From an uncultured virus (IMG/VR IMGVR_UViG_3300036806_000229) (taxonomy: Duplodnaviria > Heunggongvirae > Uroviricota > Caudoviricetes), in the IMG/VR virus record IMGVR_UViG_3300036806_000229: a stretch of 20,000 nt of DNA, one strand, 5' to 3'. The notes below the pieces were generated by a model that was given only the letters and a program-made list of their open reading frames with translations, was not told where the DNA came from and did not search any database. Shown piece by piece: positions 16,234 to 20,000 of the stretch; the first letter of the stretch is position 1; each line of letters starts with the position of its first letter. A program made the translations under genes and the position numbers.

Positions 16234-16559
16234 TAGTTTTCTCCGTGTTCCAGTTCCGGTTCCGGTTTTAGTTGAGCTTGACGCCTGGTTTGTGTTTCGC
16301 GCATCGCGATTTCCAAGCCGGTTTTAAATTCAAGATATAAGCTCCAGGTTAATAAATCCCATAAACAGAGCAAATACCCTGCCTGGAATTGGGTACTTGC
16401 CGGGTCGGTGTCGAAGCTGGCTATGGCGACGCAGAGTTCCATTTTTGTGGCGTGCTGATACATTAACTGGGCGGCTTTATAACCACGAGCTTGACGCGCG
16501 GTTGGTGGGGGCTGAAGCTGGGAGGAAAAGCTGACGCGTGATACGCGTGATTCCATCAT
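16233..16559 (-). CDS. Hypothetical protein, 108 aa
   Basis: ORF track; GAGGT RBS. Confidence 0.6.
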   Translation of the reverse strand: MMESRVSRVSFSSQLQPPPTARQARGYKAAQLMYQHATKMELCVAIASFDTDPASTQFQAGYLLCLWDLLTWSLYLEFKTGLEIAMRETQTRRQAQLKPEPELEHGEN

Positions 16560-16563
16560 AGTT

Positions 16564-18030
16564 TTACCTCGTGAGGCTGGTTTTTTGCTCTGGACTTAAG
16601 GCGGCAAACACAGTCATGTCCAAGGCTTCGTCTGTGCTAAAGCCTTGTTGGATCAAACCCGCGCCAGTGAAACTCGCGCGTGGAGAGATTATGATTTGTA
16701 AACCTTGGTTCTTGGCTTTTAGCCTAAGATTTTGCACCTTGGCACAGAATTGTTTATTTGGACATAAAACCATTTCCAACCCTTCGTCATAGGGCCAGTC
16801 AATCTTTGGATGAAACCGATCCAAACTCGCGGCGTCGAGCCGGGCACGACCCACGTATTCACTTGTCGCACCTAAGCCCCATGTATTCGCGCAGGCGATG
16901 CAAATAAAATCCGGGTGCCGGCGAATTAAACCCCCTGGCGTTGACATGAAGTCATTCGCCAGGGCGGAGTTTAAGCTAAGTAATGCACTTGGCAGCCAGT
17001 TGTCGATTTCATCGGCGCAATAAATTCCACCGTTGGTATAGACACGAAGAAACTCAGTGCTTCGCACGGTTCCATTTGCATCTCGAAAACCCATTACTTT
17101 ATAATCCGCATCGAGGCTGCCGTCTGAGGCAAATGGTAGATCTAATGCCTCGGCGACTTTCTCACAGGCCGTGGTTTTGCCTGAGCCGGTAGGGCCGGTT
17201 AACCAGATATTCAACCGGCGGTTGTTGGCCTTGGCTTGGCAAGCACGGAGCAGGGTTGGGAATTTAAAATGTTGCATTCCTACGGAATGCACCGTGTTGT
17301 TTGTTTCGTTTTTGATTATGATTTCAGTTGGCTGAGTCGCTTTGACTTGTTTTATTGCCGCTATCACCTCGGCTCGAAGTGTTGTTACTACGGATTTGAT
17401 TGATTTATTGACCAGAGTCTCTGTAACCAGTTCTAGTTCGTTTTTTAAACTCCCGATCTTGTTTTCTAAATTGTTTCTCAGGCTTTGGTTTTCATAAACT
17501 AATTTTCCACGAATGGACTGGGCCAGTGTCTCGGCCAGTTGCTCCAGGTTTGAATCCCCATTGAGAGTCAGAGGCGCCACTGGCGTGGGTAGTGAATTAT
17601 GATTCGCTTTGGGCGTTGGCGCTGACAGTATATTCCGGCGATTACCGAAACGTTCCCACACTGATTCAGGAACTTCGCTGGCTTCATCTATTACCGTAAA
17701 TAGCTTCGCTTCCGTTGTTCCAAAATCCAGGTCCAGTATTTTGTTTTTACTCTTTTTATACCACTCTGGATTAACACGCTTGCGCCACGTTTCGAGATAT
17801 GACCAGGATTTGTATGCACTTATCAGCGATGTATCTAATGCCCGTTCTGCTTCGCGTTTTGGTATCCCGTTTAACATGATCCAGGATATTAATTTCGGCC
17901 TTATAGTCTTGAATTGTACAGCTGTGAACCATTCCGGAGCCACTTCACCGGGTTTAAAGCCAATGGATTGTTCTAACAGTTCCGTGGCAGATGACGGCAT
18001 CGGTTTGTTTCCCCATGTGTAGATATTCAA
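16564..18030 (-). CDS. MoxR/CbbQ/CobS-type AAA+ ATPase with long N-terminal extension and coiled coil
   Basis: Walker A GPTGSGKT, Walker B IYCADEID, LNSALAN, HPDFICIACANTWG (sensor 1), LDAASLDRF (Arg finger), ISPRAS (sensor 2). Start codon uncertain. Confidence 0.88.
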   Translation of the reverse strand: MNIYTWGNKPMPSSATELLEQSIGFKPGEVAPEWFTAVQFKTIRPKLISWIMLNGIPKREAERALDTSLISAYKSWSYLETWRKRVNPEWYKKSKNKILDLDFGTTEAKLFTVIDEASEVPESVWERFGNRRNILSAPTPKANHNSLPTPVAPLTLNGDSNLEQLAETLAQSIRGKLVYENQSLRNNLENKIGSLKNELELVTETLVNKSIKSVVTTLRAEVIAAIKQVKATQPTEIIIKNETNNTVHSVGMQHFKFPTLLRACQAKANNRRLNIWLTGPTGSGKTTACEKVAEALDLPFASDGSLDADYKVMGFRDANGTVRSTEFLRVYTNGGIYCADEIDNWLPSALLSLNSALANDFMSTPGGLIRRHPDFICIACANTWGLGATSEYVGRARLDAASLDRFHPKIDWPYDEGLEMVLCPNKQFCAKVQNLRLKAKNQGLQIIISPRASFTGAGLIQQGFSTDEALDMTVFAALSPEQKTSLTR

Positions 18031-18242
18031 GAACGGTGTTCAGCCACTGAAGCCGCCCGAGGGTACTCCTCACTGATATGGCAGCGGTTGCACTCGCGGC
18101 GTGGGGCGACCTCAGAGCACTCTGGACACTCGAAGCCGCTTGCAGTGGATTTGAAGGTTCCTGCTGAGGTGACTAAGGTGGGCTTGTGGTGGACATCAGG
18201 GGATCGCAGGGACATGCTCAGGACCTTTCGCGCTTGTCGCAT
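18027..18242 (-). CDS. Possible small Zn-finger protein
   Basis: CPEC...ECNRC; fills the gap upstream of the ATPase; start uncertain. Confidence 0.4.
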   Translation of the reverse strand: MRQARKVLSMSLRSPDVHHKPTLVTSAGTFKSTASGFECPECSEVAPRRECNRCHISEEYPRAASVAEHRS

Positions 18243-18282
18243 GACATCATTGGAACAGCCGCGCCTTTAACAACTTCGTGCG

Positions 18283-18501
18283 TCATTCCGGAAATCGCTG
18301 ATACACTTCAACATATCGCCTAGCTTCAGACCACGCCTCTTTTTCTGAGTTGCCGAATCCCAACATCTTACGCTCCGGGCGTGTTGATGGTGTCCGTGCC
18401 ATGACAATGTAAATCGAAGGGCCAAGCCTTTTGATTGTGGCGCTGCTCCAATACTCGCGAACAAAATCCCTGTCGGCGGTATCGATCTCACCTTTGTTCA
18501 T
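18283..18501 (-). CDS. Hypothetical protein, 72 aa
   Basis: Start MNKGEID at an ATGA overlap with an AAGGA RBS; LG.G.SE.EAW..A motif. Confidence 0.6.
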   Translation of the reverse strand: MNKGEIDTADRDFVREYWSSATIKRLGPSIYIVMARTPSTRPERKMLGFGNSEKEAWSEARRYVEVYQRFPE

Positions 18502-18926
18502 AAAACCAGTTCCTTTCCTACGGATTTGGGTTTTGAAACCACTTTGCCCGGTTTTGAAACCACTTTGCCCTTGCCTGGACAACGGGTTACCTTAACCGAT
18601 CCATCACCAACGTATGAAACCCGTCTGTTGGGTAGTTTCTTTGCTTCAGGGGTTTTGAACCGGTTTTCAGATAGGCAAAATACGCACTGACGGTCTGGGA
18701 AATCACCGTGCCGATCCCAGTGGTTGACTTGGCGCGCGGTTGGCGCGCCATCGGTTCCAATTTCAGGAGGATTTTTGGCTTTAAGTTGACTGTGCAAGAT
18801 CCGGGTTATGGTGTCGTAACAGGTCTCAGCCTGGATCTCAACCTTGCGTCTGGCGCCGTTTAAGCCCGGCAGTTCGGCGATTAGTTCGCCGTTTGGGCTT
18901 AAAGTCAGGAGCAGTTGCGGAACCAT
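18498..18926 (-). CDS. Hypothetical protein, 142 aa, with HxxxH-x7-CxxC possible metal site
   Basis: HWDRHGDFPDRQCVFC; AAGGT RBS; perfect 21-bp duplication at 18529-18570 (GKVVSKP x2); ends KELVL. Confidence 0.7.
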   Translation of the reverse strand: MVPQLLLTLSPNGELIAELPGLNGARRKVEIQAETCYDTITRILHSQLKAKNPPEIGTDGAPTARQVNHWDRHGDFPDRQCVFCLSENRFKTPEAKKLPNRRVSYVGDGSVKVTRCPGKGKVVSKPGKVVSKPKSVGKELVL

Positions 18927-18971
18927 CAGGGTTTACCTTAAAAGTAAAAGACGGAACACAGGTCAGGGGAT

Positions 18972-19000
18972 ACAATAACACAATATGGGTGGCCATACAA
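18972..19000 (-). promoter_or_regulatory. Sigma70-like promoter for the early leftward operon
   Basis: Minus strand TTGTAT-17 nt-TATTGT with extended -10 TGn, in the 160-bp intergenic gap upstream of 18926. Confidence 0.55.
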
Positions 19001-19087
19001 CCCCTTTGACCCCTTGCGCTATCCATGCGTCATCATGCCGCACCAGTGTCATATTTACCACACTGTGACAAATTTACCACCTGAATT

Positions 19088-19660
19088 TCATTTCTTCTTC
19101 ATCACGCCGTTTTTTTGTTTAAATATTTGTTCTGGTTTTGATTTTGATTCTGGTTTTGGTTCGTGATTCATATCGGGTTCATGAACTGGAACTGGAACTG
19201 GAATTGGAACTGAAACTGAAACTGGAGCTTGACGCTGATCCTCTAACCATGCGGCGTACCTTTCGGCTAGTCCATTGTCTTCGGGTTCGTATTCGATCCT
19301 GTTTTGTCTTGCCTGGTAATATGATCTGTATTTCAAATTCCTCCTCGACGTGAGGTTGAAATGAGTTTTTTCGTCTTGTAGTTTCATGATCTCACTTGGC
19401 GGCAGTTGGTTTTCAAGTATAAAATCGATTAATATGTGTAATGTTTTCACGATTTCGTTATGCGATTTAAAGGCATGTTTCAACATATCCATGCCGTCGA
19501 TTTCTTTATTATTTATGTGTTGTATAACATCATCCACATCTGGCAGGTTTAAAACCTCCGACTTCAATTTCATTGCCCGATCGTATAGACTAATCAATCT
19601 TTCTTGGCTCGAGGTGGCGATGCAGGTGACGTTGTAAAGGCGCTCTTGGGTGATAGGCAT
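19088..19660 (-). CDS. Hypothetical protein, 190 aa, with low-complexity PV/PE tail
   Basis: ORF track; GAACTG-type hexamer repeats at about 19183-19225. Confidence 0.65.
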   Translation of the reverse strand: MPITQERLYNVTCIATSSQERLISLYDRAMKLKSEVLNLPDVDDVIQHINNKEIDGMDMLKHAFKSHNEIVKTLHILIDFILENQLPPSEIMKLQDEKTHFNLTSRRNLKYRSYYQARQNRIEYEPEDNGLAERYAAWLEDQRQAPVSVSVPIPVPVPVHEPDMNHEPKPESKSKPEQIFKQKNGVMKKK

Positions 19661-19896
19661 GGGTGGAGTGTCCGAGGTGGTTGTGGAATGTGGAATGCAA
19701 GTTTATGGGGATGTGTTTGAGGGTGCAAGGGTTGTGTATGGAACATGGAAAGAAAGTCAATAAACACGGCCATCAACTCGCTATTCAACCCTCCGCACCA
19801 CACTCCATTCAACCCTCCACTAACATACACATTAGATTTCGCCCGTGTTTTGGGTTAGATGAAACCCTGGATCGGACTATCTGGAACGGACTATCT

Positions 19897-19985
<89 letters not shown>

Positions 19986-20000
19986 TAGGGAGTGGTTGAT

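Noticed and set aside
16564..18030. Genuine cobalamin biosynthesis gene cobS
   Set aside because: Only the AAA+ family resemblance supports it; no cobN or other cobalamin genes are present.
19135..19230. Hexamer repeats as a regulatory array
   Set aside because: Explained by the low-complexity PVSVSVPIPVPV / EPKPESKSKPE coding tail of 19088..19660.
19733..19760. Second sigma70 promoter (TTGACT-16-TACACA, minus strand)
   Set aside because: Good -35 but weak -10 and short spacer; not enough support to call.

Overview
This window looks like 20 kb of a dsDNA tailed-phage genome. All credible genes are on the minus strand, tightly packed and often coupled by ATGA overlaps. Transcription runs right to left. 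It starts in a low-complexity region near 19.7-20 kb (T72/A13 tracts, short direct repeats) and passes a good sigma70-like promoter at about 19.0 kb. The early/accessory region holds many small hypothetical ORFs, a MoxR/CbbQ/CobS-type AAA+ ATPase with a degenerate vWA-like partner, a signal-peptide HNH-like protein, a three-gene cassette of exported proteins (including a 487-aa right-handed beta-helix protein), a HIRAN protein and an orphan HNH-type DNA-binding domain. The DNA metabolism module follows: thyX, a Cas4-like PD-(D/E)XK nuclease, a Sak4/AAA_24-like ATPase, a putative SSB, a ParB-N/DNA methyltransferase fusion and a uracil-DNA glycosylase/3'-5' exonuclease fusion (probably DNA polymerase) that runs off the left edge and is missing from the ORF track. 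I see no structural genes, integrase, tRNA or CRISPR array. Non-coding signals include many short tandem duplications at gene junctions, a dispersed AGCT(T)GACGCGTGG motif and two candidate RNA structures. All family calls come from motif recognition by eye, not database searches.
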